A stretch of DNA of 64,000 nt from Eledone cirrhosa (Eukaryota): NCBI GenBank assembly GCA_964016885.1, contig OZ024751.1, positions 11,098,001 through 11,162,000 of the forward strand, read 5' to 3'. Shown one piece after another: positions 32,142 through 44,769 of the stretch. The notes under the pieces were generated by a model that did no database searches, had not been told where the DNA came from, and saw nothing but the letters and a program-made list of their open reading frames with translations. Positions within the stretch are counted from its first letter, which is position 1. The number at the start of each line of letters is the position of its first letter. The position numbers were made by a program, and so were the translations under genes.

Positions 32142-33926
32142 TTACCTCTCTGCGTCCCGGGTATCGGGCTGCACAATTTCCATTAGGGTGGGGGATGGGT
32201 TGTTGGGTGGGGTGGTGGTTTGTGGAAGTGTGGGGGCATCAGTGTGATGTGTGGTTGGGGAGCTTGGAGTTGTGTGGGTGTTTGGGGAGGGGGTGGGATA
32301 GTTTTTTAGGAGGACGCGGTTAATGGGCCCGACGCAGGGGGGACCCACGTCCTCTTTAAAATTGTTTTTTAAAGTTTTATAGGTGTCCTGTGGGGCCTTA
32401 ATCATTTTGAGGTGGGGGAAATCCCCTGCCTGGGTGAAGTTAGGCCCTTGTGTTTTTATTAGATTGTTGTTGTACACAATGTTTAACAGTTTTTTGTTTC
32501 TTGTATTTATGTATGTGTATGCATGTTTTTGTTTTTGTGTGGTGTTTTTTGTTTGCTGTTGTTGTGAGCTCTTTTGTGTTGGTGTCAGTGTTATGTTTTG
32601 GGGAGGGTTTTTTTTCATTTGTGTGTCTGAGGTGTGTTTTCTTTTTTTTCTTTTGATTGTGTGGAAGTGCTCCTCCTCGTCTGACGACGAACTAGGGTCA
32701 TCTTCCGCGTTGGAGGGGAGGGGTATATTTTCGGGTTGTGTTTGCGGTACGGGTGTTTTGGAAATTGTTTTTGTTTTTTGAGTGGAGGGGATGGGTTGGA
32801 CATTGTTTTGTTTTGGTTTGAGCTGTGGTGGTTGTTTTTGTAGTGGTAGTTGTGGTGATTGTGTTGGTTGTGCAGTTGTTGGTGGTGTAGGCAGGATTGG
32901 GGTTTTCTTATTAAGTTGGGGACAGACAGCCCTCAGGTGACCTCTGGTTCCGCAGAGGTAACACGAGGGCCGTCTACCCTCAACGGTAATGTTGATGAAG
33001 GTTAGATCATCCAGTATGACGCGTTCAGGGATCTGGGCGATCCTTTCGGGCCTCATTTGAACTACAAGTTCGAGGCTCGTTCCACTGAACGCGTCACCCG
33101 ATGCCTTTCCCATGGACACCAGCATGTCATCCTCCAGGTCCAGAAAACCTGTCAAAACCCACCATATGTCCATAATCGGCAGGATGGTGTGGATTTTTAT
33201 TTTTTGTGTTCTTCTACCCATGTACGTAGGGTAGAAGGTGTATGCGGTGGATGTGATTGGTTTGATGGACAGTTTCACTGCTGTGTCCCTGTCCTTCATG
33301 AGAATGGATAGACTCCCGTAGAGTCTATCCTTCTGAATGAAGGTGATGTCCTTCATGACGTCTTTTAAAACCAGCTCTATCTCGCTCTGTGATGGTTGAG
33401 CTGGTTTTTTACTTTTGTTCGAGATTGTCCTAAACATGACCGTGTTTAGGAGTCTCTGGCTTTTTAGTTCCGGGGGGGAATGGATTGTGAATGAACCATT
33501 TTCCCCGTACACTATATATTTTTTCGCATCCGCCAGTAGCTCCTTCGCTTTTGTTATATCTACTGGCAGATAGTCGAGGGTTTTCCTTGTCGTCTCGGCG
33601 AAGGAGAAATTTTGTTTGTTTGTGTTGTTGTTGTCGTTGGTGGTGTTGTTGTTATCATTGTTGTTGTTGTCACCGTTATTGGTCTTGTTGTTGTTATTGT
33701 TATTGGTGTTGTTTTCGTCCGTCGCATTGTTGTTGTTGTTGCTGTTGCTGCTGGTTCTTTGAGTTGTTGCCATGGCAACATCAAGTTGTCGGTTAACAGG
33801 TGGAGAGAATTCTTCCTCTGGCTGACCTTTCTTCTTGACCTCTGCTACTGTGACAGTGGCAGGGGGAAGCTGTAAGTTCATCTTCCCCTTTCCTCCTTCG
33901 AATTTTGGTGAAGAAGCTTCGGCCAT
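32142..33926 (-). CDS. Tx1 ORF1 (gag-like nucleic-acid-binding protein, 594 aa)
   Basis: Open frame directly upstream of ORF2 with a CCHC zinc knuckle (CYLCGTRGHLRAVC), an Asn-rich N-terminus, a Pro/Gln-rich linker and a basic KRKKRK patch. Confidence 0.9.
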   Translation of the reverse strand: MAEASSPKFEGGKGKMNLQLPPATVTVAEVKKKGQPEEEFSPPVNRQLDVAMATTQRTSSNSNNNNNATDENNTNNNNNNKTNNGDNNNNDNNNTTNDNNNTNKQNFSFAETTRKTLDYLPVDITKAKELLADAKKYIVYGENGSFTIHSPPELKSQRLLNTVMFRTISNKSKKPAQPSQSEIELVLKDVMKDITFIQKDRLYGSLSILMKDRDTAVKLSIKPITSTAYTFYPTYMGRRTQKIKIHTILPIMDIWWVLTGFLDLEDDMLVSMGKASGDAFSGTSLELVVQMRPERIAQIPERVILDDLTFINITVEGRRPSCYLCGTRGHLRAVCPQLNKKTPILPTPPTTAQPTQSPQLPLQKQPPQLKPKQNNVQPIPSTQKTKTISKTPVPQTQPENIPLPSNAEDDPSSSSDEEEHFHTIKRKKRKHTSDTQMKKNPPQNITLTPTQKSSQQQQTKNTTQKQKHAYTYINTRNKKLLNIVYNNNLIKTQGPNFTQAGDFPHLKMIKAPQDTYKTLKNNFKEDVGPPCVGPINRVLLKNYPTPSPNTHTTPSSPTTHHTDAPTLPQTTTPPNNPSPTLMEIVQPDTRDAER

Positions 33927-34229
33927 TTAAAAAAATATTGACTTTTCAACAAGAAAAAACTTTTTTTTTTGTTTAACTATTTCGCCTAAAGGCGTAGAAT
34001 ATTTTGAGAGACTGACCAGATCAAAGTTTGACCTGGCAGTCCCTCTACAAAATGGTACAAAACTTAAAGTTATCAGACAAGAATTTCTATAGAAATTTAA
34101 ACAGAACTTACTCAGCAAGTTATACGCGTGTGTCCATCCCAGAGATAGATAGATAAAAATTCCTTTATTAATATAATCTTCTATACACAACCATACACAC
34201 CCGTGTATATTTCTCTCTCTCTCTCTCTC

Positions 34230-34282
<53 letters not shown>

Positions 34283-34331
34283 GTGTATATATATATATAT
34301 GTATGTATGCTTATATGTATGGATGTAGTAT

Positions 34332-34388
<57 letters not shown>

Positions 34389-35585
34389 AAAAAAGAGACA
34401 GAGAGTGAAAGAGACAGAGATAGATACGAACACACATGCATACAAACAACACACGTAAACACACACACCCACATACGCCCACACAAACACACATATACAC
34501 AAATACACACACACATCATTTCAATTTCGTGAAAGCACTGATAATAAATCATGAATCGTCTAAACTAAGTGAAAAATTAGTGTTAAATTTTATAGTCGAC
34601 ACCAATCATGAGAAAGCAGCAATGTTCTACTTCCGTCAGTGTACTACTAATACCTTACCGTGTGACTAATAATAGCAAATTACCATTATATCTTCTTCCT
34701 CTCCTTCTCCTTCACAAGACTCCACCAACCACACCCTCGCTTTAACACCTCATTGAGTAGAAGAAGATTTCTTAAACGCTTTAGCTTAATGAATACCGCT
34801 GCCAATTTGAAAATCAGACCACAGACGCTGCGTTACATTGCATCATGCTAGATTTTCATTCGCAGTACGAAACATACGCTCTTTTCCACACCATATTGAA
34901 AGTTGTCTACGAAGGTCAGAAATGTGTAGACGCTAGTTTAGAAAGGCAGTACGATTCTCTCTAATTTAGTTATAGGTCATTGAAGGAAATGACCACGCCG
35001 TGTGAAATAATCAATTAGAGCAAATATAGAATGATTAACGCGTTGCTCTGACAAGAATACTTTTACGAACTTCGGTTAAAAGGCCAACAGCGAATGGCAA
35101 CTTTTGCTTTTCGATACCAGCGTTAGAATAACGAGGCGCCAATTTTCGCTCACACCCTCGCTTTTAAAAAAACCCTCTCCTTCTCCGGCCTTTTCTCTGC
35201 AATTCCCAAATAATAATTGCTGCTACAGCATTAATACCTTACACGTTTTATATCGACATTGACCCAAAAATGAAAATTTAATACTCACAGGTAATGTATC
35301 TTAGAAAGTTGTCAGTGAGATGGGAAATTGTCTAATGAACTGACAGGAAATACCTGGCATTAAACGTGAAGCCTATGCCTTAAGGATTTCAATTGGACTT
35401 GTGTTATAACTGAAATATTAGCAGACTGACTTAATAATAATACACTTCGTCTAAAGTTAAATGCGGCTACATCAACGAGATAGATGCCATATCCTCTTGG
35501 TGTACTTGGTATACACAACTACCGAGAAGTTAATGTGCAAAATATGTACCTGTAATTCCTCTCTCTTTCTTTTTCTTTCCAACCA

Positions 35586-35622
<37 letters not shown>

Positions 35623-35645
35623 CATACACACACATACATTCCTAA

Positions 35646-35706
<61 letters not shown>

Positions 35707-35898
35707 TATGCATACATACACATGCATTCATACATATATTTATATATATATACACATACGTATATATGTATATATATATATATATATACATACACATATA
35801 TATACATACATATACACACATATATATATACATATACACTTATATATATACATATACATTCATATATGTTTAGTTTATATATATATATATATATATAT

Positions 35899-36309
35899 AA
35901 CGAAGGAAATGTGGTAAGGAACCAGGTGGACCATAACGCACCAAAGTATTCAATACTTAGGGTAGTAGAGTGGGTAATAGGAACAAGACCCCGACGGCTG
36001 AGCTCAAGCCGTTTCGAAGGCTATTTCTGGACCAGAATTAGCCGTCAAAACGGCTTGAGCTCAGCCGTCGGGGTCTTACTTGTTCCTATATATATATATA
36101 TATATATATACCAAAGGAATTGTGGTAAGGAACCAGATGGACCATAACGCACCAGAGTACTCAATACTTAGTGTAGTAGAGTGGGAGATAGGAAAAAGTA
36201 TGACCCCGACGGCAGAGCTCAAGCCGTTTCGACGGCTATTTCTGGACTCAAGTCCAGAAATAGCCGTCGAAACGGCTTGAGCTCTGCCGTCGGGTCATAC
36301 TTTTTCCTA
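35899..36309 (-). mobile_element. Two tandem fold-back family A elements (35899-36088 and 36110-36309)
   Basis: Two different subfamilies separated by a short (TA)n. Confidence 0.85.
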
Positions 36310-36321
36310 TATATATATATA

Positions 36322-36650
36322 AATGTAATCTGAGTTTTAGAATATTAATAATAACATTCGATTCGTTTGCAATTATGCAAACAAGTCTCAATTGTATAGC
36401 CATGTCAGTAGAATGAACCGTTCCTTCTTGCTCATGTGTTGGCATGTGAACAGAACTGCAGACACTGATGTTTCTGGGTATCACCCTTCATCAGTACAGC
36501 TCACTGTTCACCGGCCAAACAGTGAGAGCTAGTGAAACTATGCTATTTTCTAAAATACACAGTGACTGATCGGCCTGATTTGAATATTAGCAGACTGGCT
36601 GATCAGTCAGATTACATTTATTGTAGTCAGCCATGTAGAGCGAACATTTT
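36322..36650. mobile_element. TA-embedded element (family J) with canonical hammerhead (36456-36499, minus strand)
   Basis: Minus strand ctgta-CTGATGA-a.ggg tgata ccc.a-GAAACA tcag TGTC-tgcag. Inverted terminal match atgtaatctga and tcagattacat. Confidence 0.75.
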
Positions 36651-36710
<60 letters not shown>

Positions 36711-36717
36711 CACATAC

Positions 36718-36761
<44 letters not shown>

Positions 36762-36762
36762 A

Positions 36763-36813
<51 letters not shown>

Positions 36814-36814
36814 A

Positions 36815-36873
<59 letters not shown>

Positions 36874-36904
36874 ATTCATATATATATATACATATATATA
36901 TATA

Positions 36905-36978
<74 letters not shown>

Positions 36979-37013
36979 TAAAAAGGAAAAGAAAATGCTG
37001 ACAGATGTTTCCC

Positions 37014-37045
<32 letters not shown>

Positions 37046-37242
37046 GAGGTCATCGCTTACTAATAAAAACAAAACATCGAAAGTTTTATACTCGTACAAA
37101 ATTAAAATTAAATTAAATAATAAAAAAGGTAAACATAATAGTGCAGTTTAATACCAGTAATTACAAGTAGTAATGAGAAAATTTTGATTGTAAAAAATTA
37201 AAAGACATTCGTAGCATTGTACTAAACTCTTCAGCCGAACAT

Positions 37243-37946
37243 CGAAAGGCGGAGGGGGAACTTATCACGTGATACAGCGGTCAAGAAACAGAGCTAAGCC
37301 TCTTACAACCAAGAGAAAAATACCACAAAAGGCGGAGGGGGTATTTATGTCAAGGCCGTAGAAGAGGTGGCTAGGAGGGCGAGAAGTGTGATTAGTGTAA
37401 GCTTAACAGCAGTCACCATACTTCAGTGGTTACTCTACCGTAGGGAGTTATAAACAATACAAAGAAATACACAGACACATGCGAATACATACATATACAT
37501 GCATATACCCACTGAATTTGTGTGGTGCCAACCTTAACCGTTGTTGCTCTATGAATAATAGGGACAGAATAATCTGAATGGATTAGATTGATTCAATATC
37601 AGAGCTATATAATACATTATAAAGAAAGAAGAAACATTAGATATAAACAAAAATATATAATATATCCAAATTCCTTCATTATCCTGGAATACGTTGTTTC
37701 GTGGCTATTATGCAAAAACATTACATCATAGAGATGCAGTATTTTTGTGAGGTTTGCCGACTTATCAAGAGGATACCTCATTTAGAGTTTCAAAACACGT
37801 CCGTAGGACGCGAGATAGAATCCCGAAAGGCGGAGGGGGAACTTATCACGTGATACAGCGGTCAAGAAACAGAGCTAAGCCTCTTACAACCAAGAGAAAA
37901 ATACCACAAAAGCGTAGGGGTTATTTATGTCAAACCCGTAGAAGAG
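37243..37946. repeat. Direct repeat pair of about 123 bp (37243-37366 and 37824-37946), pLTR/LTR-like
   Basis: About the first 88 bp are identical. Degenerate CTGAAGA...GAA motif on the minus strand at 37203-37236. Confidence 0.65.
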
Positions 37947-38138
37947 TATTATGACGTATTATCTTCGTCTTTTTCCGTTCTTTGCCAGGGAACCAAAATA
38001 TCGTCTTCCTGTCTTCTTTCGGTTGCAACGGTTTTCGAAATATTTACTTCTGCGTTCACAGATTGATTTTTTTTTAGTTTCAGAAGATACCGTTAAGCAA
38101 CGATTCTTTGCTTAAACTTTAAACTGTTATATTAATAA

Positions 38139-38215
<77 letters not shown>

Positions 38216-38218
<3 letters not shown>

Positions 38219-38318
38219 AGGCTCCCATACAGCTCTGAGTTTTTCATCCTCAGTGTATACTGATTAATGTTCAGAGCCATCCTCAGCATTCTCGTGTAGC
38301 ACCCATCCACCATCTGAG
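38216..38318 (-). pseudogene. RTE-clade LINE ORF C-terminal fragment
   Basis: VDGCYTRMLRMALNI...NSELYGSL resembles the post-RT region of RTE elements. Confidence 0.7.
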
Positions 38319-38335
38319 TGAATTATATTTATATA

Positions 38336-38651
38336 TATCACAGAAAAAAGAGAACCAGTGTTGCGACGAAAGGAACTAATTGGACATATTACAATTCTTT
38401 CTGGGGAGACCAGCTCAAAGCACGATCGATATGGTGATCCAACCGGACTCTGAAATCGCGAGGTCCTCGGTTACGTCTCAATTCTACGAAGCAGATTTTC
38501 CTATACGAAACGTATCTGAGGACCGCGCGATTTCAGAGTCAGGTTGGATCACCATACCGATGGTGCACCGAGCTGGTGGCCCCGAGAAACAATTGTAATA
38601 TGTCCAATGAATTCCTTTCGCCCCAACATTGATTCTCTTTTTCTGTGATAT
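38336..38651. repeat. Imperfect palindrome of about 315 bp (family F), older fold-back element
   Basis: atatcacagaaaaaagagaa... and ...ttctctttttctgtgatat arms pair with scattered mismatches to a centre near 38490. Confidence 0.75.
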
Positions 38652-38667
38652 CATACTCTGCTCTACG

Positions 38668-38914
38668 TTTGCAATTTCAACTGACAGTTGAAAATTGCAA
38701 ACTTGACTGTCACCACAGAATATGACCCTAAAGATTGCGAAAGCATGAAACTACTTGTTCAATTAACACTTAACATTTAATATTCTACCATACTATTTCA
38801 TTCTAATACCATTATAATTTTAAAGGATTGTAAATAAAACGAGTAAATCAGACAAAGCTGGGATTCCTTTTATTTATATAATCTTCTATACACAATCATA
38901 CACGCCCGTGTATA
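38668..38914 (+). mobile_element. Family E element, uninterrupted (empty-site equivalent)
   Basis: Short palindrome tttgcaatttcaactg..cagttgaaaattgcaaa, degenerate HHR, and arm contiguous with the tail ataatcttctatacacaatcatacacgcccgtg. Confidence 0.85.
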
Positions 38915-39005
38915 TTTATTTATGTATATAAGTATATATATATATCTACATGTATAAATGTATATATATATATATGTATAAATGTATATGTCTATATATA
39001 TCTAC

Positions 39006-39052
<47 letters not shown>

Positions 39053-39176
39053 TATTTGTATATATATATATATATATATAAATGTATATCTTTATGTACA
39101 TATGTGTATATGTATATATATATATATGTATATATATATATACATATATGTATATGTATATATGTATGTGTATATG

Positions 39177-39207
<31 letters not shown>

Positions 39208-39308
39208 GTATATGTATATATGTATATGTACGTGTATATGTATATATGTATGTGTATATGTATGTATATATGTATATATGTTTGTATATATGCATGTATG
39301 TATATATG

Positions 39309-39340
<32 letters not shown>

Positions 39341-39605
39341 CAGACACACACACACACACAGGCATATATATATATATATGCCAGTATGTGTCTACAATGT
39401 TGATGTTAATATGTCATACAGATCATAACTATGCCGTCTCAATGCCAACCCATCCGTCAGAATGGTTTTACGTGAAAGTGAAGTGAAGTGGAACAGGAGA
39501 GTATATTAGAAATAGAAATAAAAAATAACTAGATGAAGAAACATTTCATGTAAATGATTGGTGCATAGAATTTCATATATCTATCTATCTATCTATCTAT
39601 CTATA

Positions 39606-39660
<55 letters not shown>

Positions 39661-39674
39661 TTGTCTAGCCTACT

Positions 39675-39714
<40 letters not shown>

Positions 39715-39757
39715 TATATATATATATATATATATACTATATATATATATATATATA

Positions 39758-39832
<75 letters not shown>

Positions 39833-40151
39833 ATATATATATATATATAATATATATATATAATATATATATATATATAATATATATAATATATATATAT
39901 ATAAGATATATATAATATATATATATATATATATAATATATATATATATAATATATATATATATAATATATATATTTATATATATAATATATATATATAT
40001 AATATATATATATATAATATATATATATATATAATATATATATATATATAATATATATATATATAATATATATATTATATAATATATATATATATAATAT
40101 ATATATATATATAATATATATATATATATAATATATATATATATATAATAT

Positions 40152-40210
<59 letters not shown>

Positions 40211-40496
40211 ATATATATATATATAATATATATATATATATATTATAATATATATATATATATAATATATATATATATAATATATATATATATAATATAT
40301 ATATATATATAATATATATTATATATATTAAAATATATATATATATATATATAATATATATATAGATAATATATATATATATATAATATATATTATATAT
40401 ATAAAATATTATATATATATATATATAATATATATATATATAATATATATATATATATAATATATATATATATATAATATATATTATATATATAAA

Positions 40497-40530
<34 letters not shown>

Positions 40531-40700
40531 TATATATAATATATATATATATAATATATATTATATATATAAAATATATATATATATATATATAATATAT
40601 ATATATATATAATATATATTATATATATAAAATATATATATATATATATATAATATATATATATATAATATATATATATATAATATATATTATATATATA

Positions 40701-40749
<49 letters not shown>

Positions 40750-40765
40750 TATATATATAATATAT

Positions 40766-40799
<34 letters not shown>

Positions 40800-40830
40800 A
40801 TATATATATATATATAATTTATATATATAT

Positions 40831-40875
<45 letters not shown>

Positions 40876-40983
40876 TATATATATAATATATAATATAATA
40901 TATATATATATATATATAATATATATATATATATATAATATATATATATATATGTATAATATATATATATATATATAATATAT

Positions 40984-41087
<104 letters not shown>

Positions 41088-41100
41088 TATATATATATAA

Positions 41101-41142
<42 letters not shown>

Positions 41143-41151
41143 TATATATAA

Positions 41152-41201
<50 letters not shown>

Positions 41202-41210
41202 TATATATAA

Positions 41211-41254
<44 letters not shown>

Positions 41255-41267
41255 TATATATATATAA

Positions 41268-41319
<52 letters not shown>

Positions 41320-41344
41320 ATAAATATATATATATATATATATA

Positions 41345-41398
<54 letters not shown>

Positions 41399-41458
41399 AT
41401 AAATATATATATATATATATATATATAATAAATATATATATATATATATATATAATAA

Positions 41459-41668
<210 letters not shown>

Positions 41669-41670
41669 AT

Positions 41671-41740
<70 letters not shown>

Positions 41741-43456
41741 GAATATATATTTATCTATCTATCTCACTATATATTTACATATTTATTTACCTTTATATCT
41801 CTTTATCTCACTCTTTCTATCCTCATCTATCTCTTATCTATCTTCTGTATGCCTCTCTCTCTCTCTCTCTCTCTCTCTCTACATATACATATATATATTT
41901 ATATATTACACGCACGCACACACACACACACACGTATATATATATATAATATATATATGTATGTATGTATATATATTTATGTATATGCATAAATACACAT
42001 ATACTTTTACATACAAGATGTATTGGCTACAAACTTTGCGCGTCGGATATTTTCGGTCGAATATGTCACAACATTATATAATTCGTTTGTTTGTCTTTAT
42101 AAAGCAGTCTGATGAAAACGTGTCTGTCCGATTTACGTTAAAGAACGGCCAGCAAATATGTCAGGAAATGAGCTGCACACCCACCTTACATTTATATATA
42201 TATATACATATATATATATATGAAAAAAGTTTGTCCTTCATCAGTGATCTTCCAACCATCATAGGCATTTCATCGCTTTAAAGACCATATACCTCCGGTT
42301 GGTGCGAGCAACGGCTAAAAAAAGTCGTTGGGACACGTAAATAAAGGGGACGCGAGGGTAAACAATGCATGTGCCCATGTCAGTGTCTGTGTGTGTGGCT
42401 TAATATTGAAAAACTAAATGGACGTGTTCTATATCACCCGAGACAGGCAAATATATATGTTTTTTATATATAATAAGAAAAAATTGGAGATGTTACATAT
42501 GAGATTTATTGCTCAAACAGCTTATAAATGTTTCCCAGACAGCCGGTTCTTGATCTGGGATCATACTTCAAGTCTGCCCGATCCTAAGACCAGTGTTAAC
42601 ACAACAAAATTCACATCAAATCTGATGACGAACCAGCCAGTCACAAAGAAGCATACAGAATGATCGAAACGGGCCTAGAATCCAACGCACGCACATATCC
42701 CGAGCATTACAAGACAATAACCGTTATAAACAAAAACAAAACATGTGATCACACACATACACACACACACGCGTTCATACATACATATATATAGACAAAT
42801 CCTCACTCACATACATATACATACATACATCATAAAAACACACGCAGAAGTGCAAGAATCTATCATCCAATTCCTGCAGAAGTACATTGTGTGGGGGTTT
42901 ATACGGGATTTGAAGTAAGCCTTTAGATCTGAAGGGTCAGTGTCAGGTGTGATGCAGTCATTGGCGGTGGTGCGGTCAAAGATGTAAGCATGCCATCGCA
43001 ACTGTTATGTAAATGAATCCGTGTACTGTACCATCCTACACAGTAAGTTTTGCTATCCGGTATTGGTATCTTCTCAGAAGACACGCAGGTAGACCTCTCC
43101 TTGGTACTCAGCTGTAAGCGCTCTACCCATTATTACCGCAAAAGGTACAGTAAGTCGGAAGAAAAGTGTTCAGTAAACTGATGAGAGTACCAATGTCAGC
43201 ACTTGATGCAGGGCAGAGTGTATATAATTGTTTCTACTTTAGGCACAAGGCCAGCAAATTACCCAGTGTATTACTGGTACTTTATTTTATCGACCCCGTA
43301 AGGAATAAGAACAAAGTAGAGTTGTTACATAGGCGATTTATTGCTCAACGCGGTACACAAATGTTTCCCAGGCAGCCGGCGCGTGATCTGTGGTCATCCC
43401 AGACCAGACTCCAAGTCTGCCTGATCTTCACACCAGTGTTAACACACACACACACA

Positions 43457-43544
<88 letters not shown>

Positions 43545-43680
43545 AATATCTTGTTACCCGGAGATTTACCCATTTGCATTGTTGAGGCTTCCAAACGACT
43601 TATAGATATTTACTTATTGTTCCACAATGCTTCAAGCAAACTTCAATACTCTCTTATATATATATATATATATATATAAA

Positions 43681-44188
43681 ATAATTAAGTCAAATATTTA
43701 AAATTTGGCTTCGTTTATTAAAGATGGACTGCTATATATATTTTGGTGACAGCCATCATTGGCTGTGACCTCTCCAGGCACCTCGAATTGGTGAGGTAGA
43801 AACAGGTACACATGTTGTTGAAGTGTTTTACTCCGTCAATACTCCGATATGTCCAGCTCCTGGTTGGGTTGTTATTTCTCTGAGGAACTGGAGAAATAAC
43901 AATACAACCATGAGCTGAACATATCGGAGTATTGACGGAGTAAAAAACTTAAACAACATGTGTACCTGACTCTACCACACCAATTCGGACTGCCTAAAGA
44001 GGTCACAGCCAATGATGGCTGTCACCGAAATATATATAGCGGTACATCTTTAATAAACGAAGCCAAGTTTTAAATATTTGACTTAATTATGTTACATTAC
44101 TCCGGAGTAACCAAACTATCATGCGTACTTCGTCGAGTGCTCCATTCTGCATACAGGGTTGTCAGTAAACAACCAACATATACTCAAT
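43681..44188 (+). mobile_element. Fold-back family G element with hammerhead (43990-44042)
   Basis: Arms of about 200 bp (43682-44090) plus a tail of about 100 bp. ctgc-CTAAAGA-ggt.acagcc aatgat ggctgt.acc-GAAATATATATA-gcgg; the mirror arm has CTGGAGA, implying ancestral CTGAAGA. Confidence 0.82.
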
Positions 44189-44286
44189 ATATATATATAT
44201 ATATAAAGCACAAGTTATATTCTGGAATCGAATTCTCGACTCCGCACACAAATGTTGACCTTTTGCTTAAGTCAGATATCATTATT

Positions 44287-44473
44287 TGGTGGATTGGCAG
44301 TATCGGTTGAGGGTCGGACGCCATGCTTTCCAGCATAGTTACGTCCCTTTACGATCTGAGTTCAAATCCCGCCGAGGTTGACTTTGCCTTTCATCCTTAC
44401 GGAGTCGATAAAATAAAGTACCAGTAATGCACTGTGTAATTGCTGGCCTTGTGCCTAACGTAGAAACAATTAT
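44287..44473 (+). mobile_element. tRNA-derived SINE, same subfamily; 3' fragments on the minus strand at 23289-23392 and 43225-43302
   Basis: B-box gagttcaaatccc and the same 3' end aattgctggccttgtgcctaacgtagaaacaattat. Confidence 0.85.
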
Positions 44474-44769
44474 TTTTATTATTACTAACAGCAGTAGTAA
44501 TAGTAGTAGAAGTAGTAATGGTAGTGTCAGTAGTAGTATTAGTGGTGGTAGTAGTAGTGGTAGAAGTATTAGTATTAGGGGTTGTAGTAGTAGTGGTGGT
44601 AGTAGTAGTAGTAATAGCAACAACCCTAGTGCTGTTTAGTATTGTTTACTTTTTTATAGTCTGTTGCCCATATTATAATTATACCTACTTCTGTATCTAT
44701 AGTTGCAGCTGGTTTTGATGGTGCTATGCGGTCGGCTTTTATAAACTTTACTGCTGCCGGCATTTGTGA

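Larger units (their letters stand above)
28416..34157 (-). mobile_element. Full-length L1/Tx1-clade non-LTR retrotransposon (about 5.7 kb)
   Basis: Two uninterrupted tandem ORFs, a 5' UTR of about 230 bp and a 3' UTR of about 260 bp ending AATAAAAGAAACA. Flanked by a near-perfect direct repeat aattcc(t)tttattaatata at 28397-28415 and 34158-34175 (candidate target-site duplication, TSD). Confidence 0.93.

Noticed and set aside
28997-33875. Short overlapping or antisense ORFs inside the Tx1
   Set aside because: Shadow frames of the GC-rich ORF1 and ORF2.
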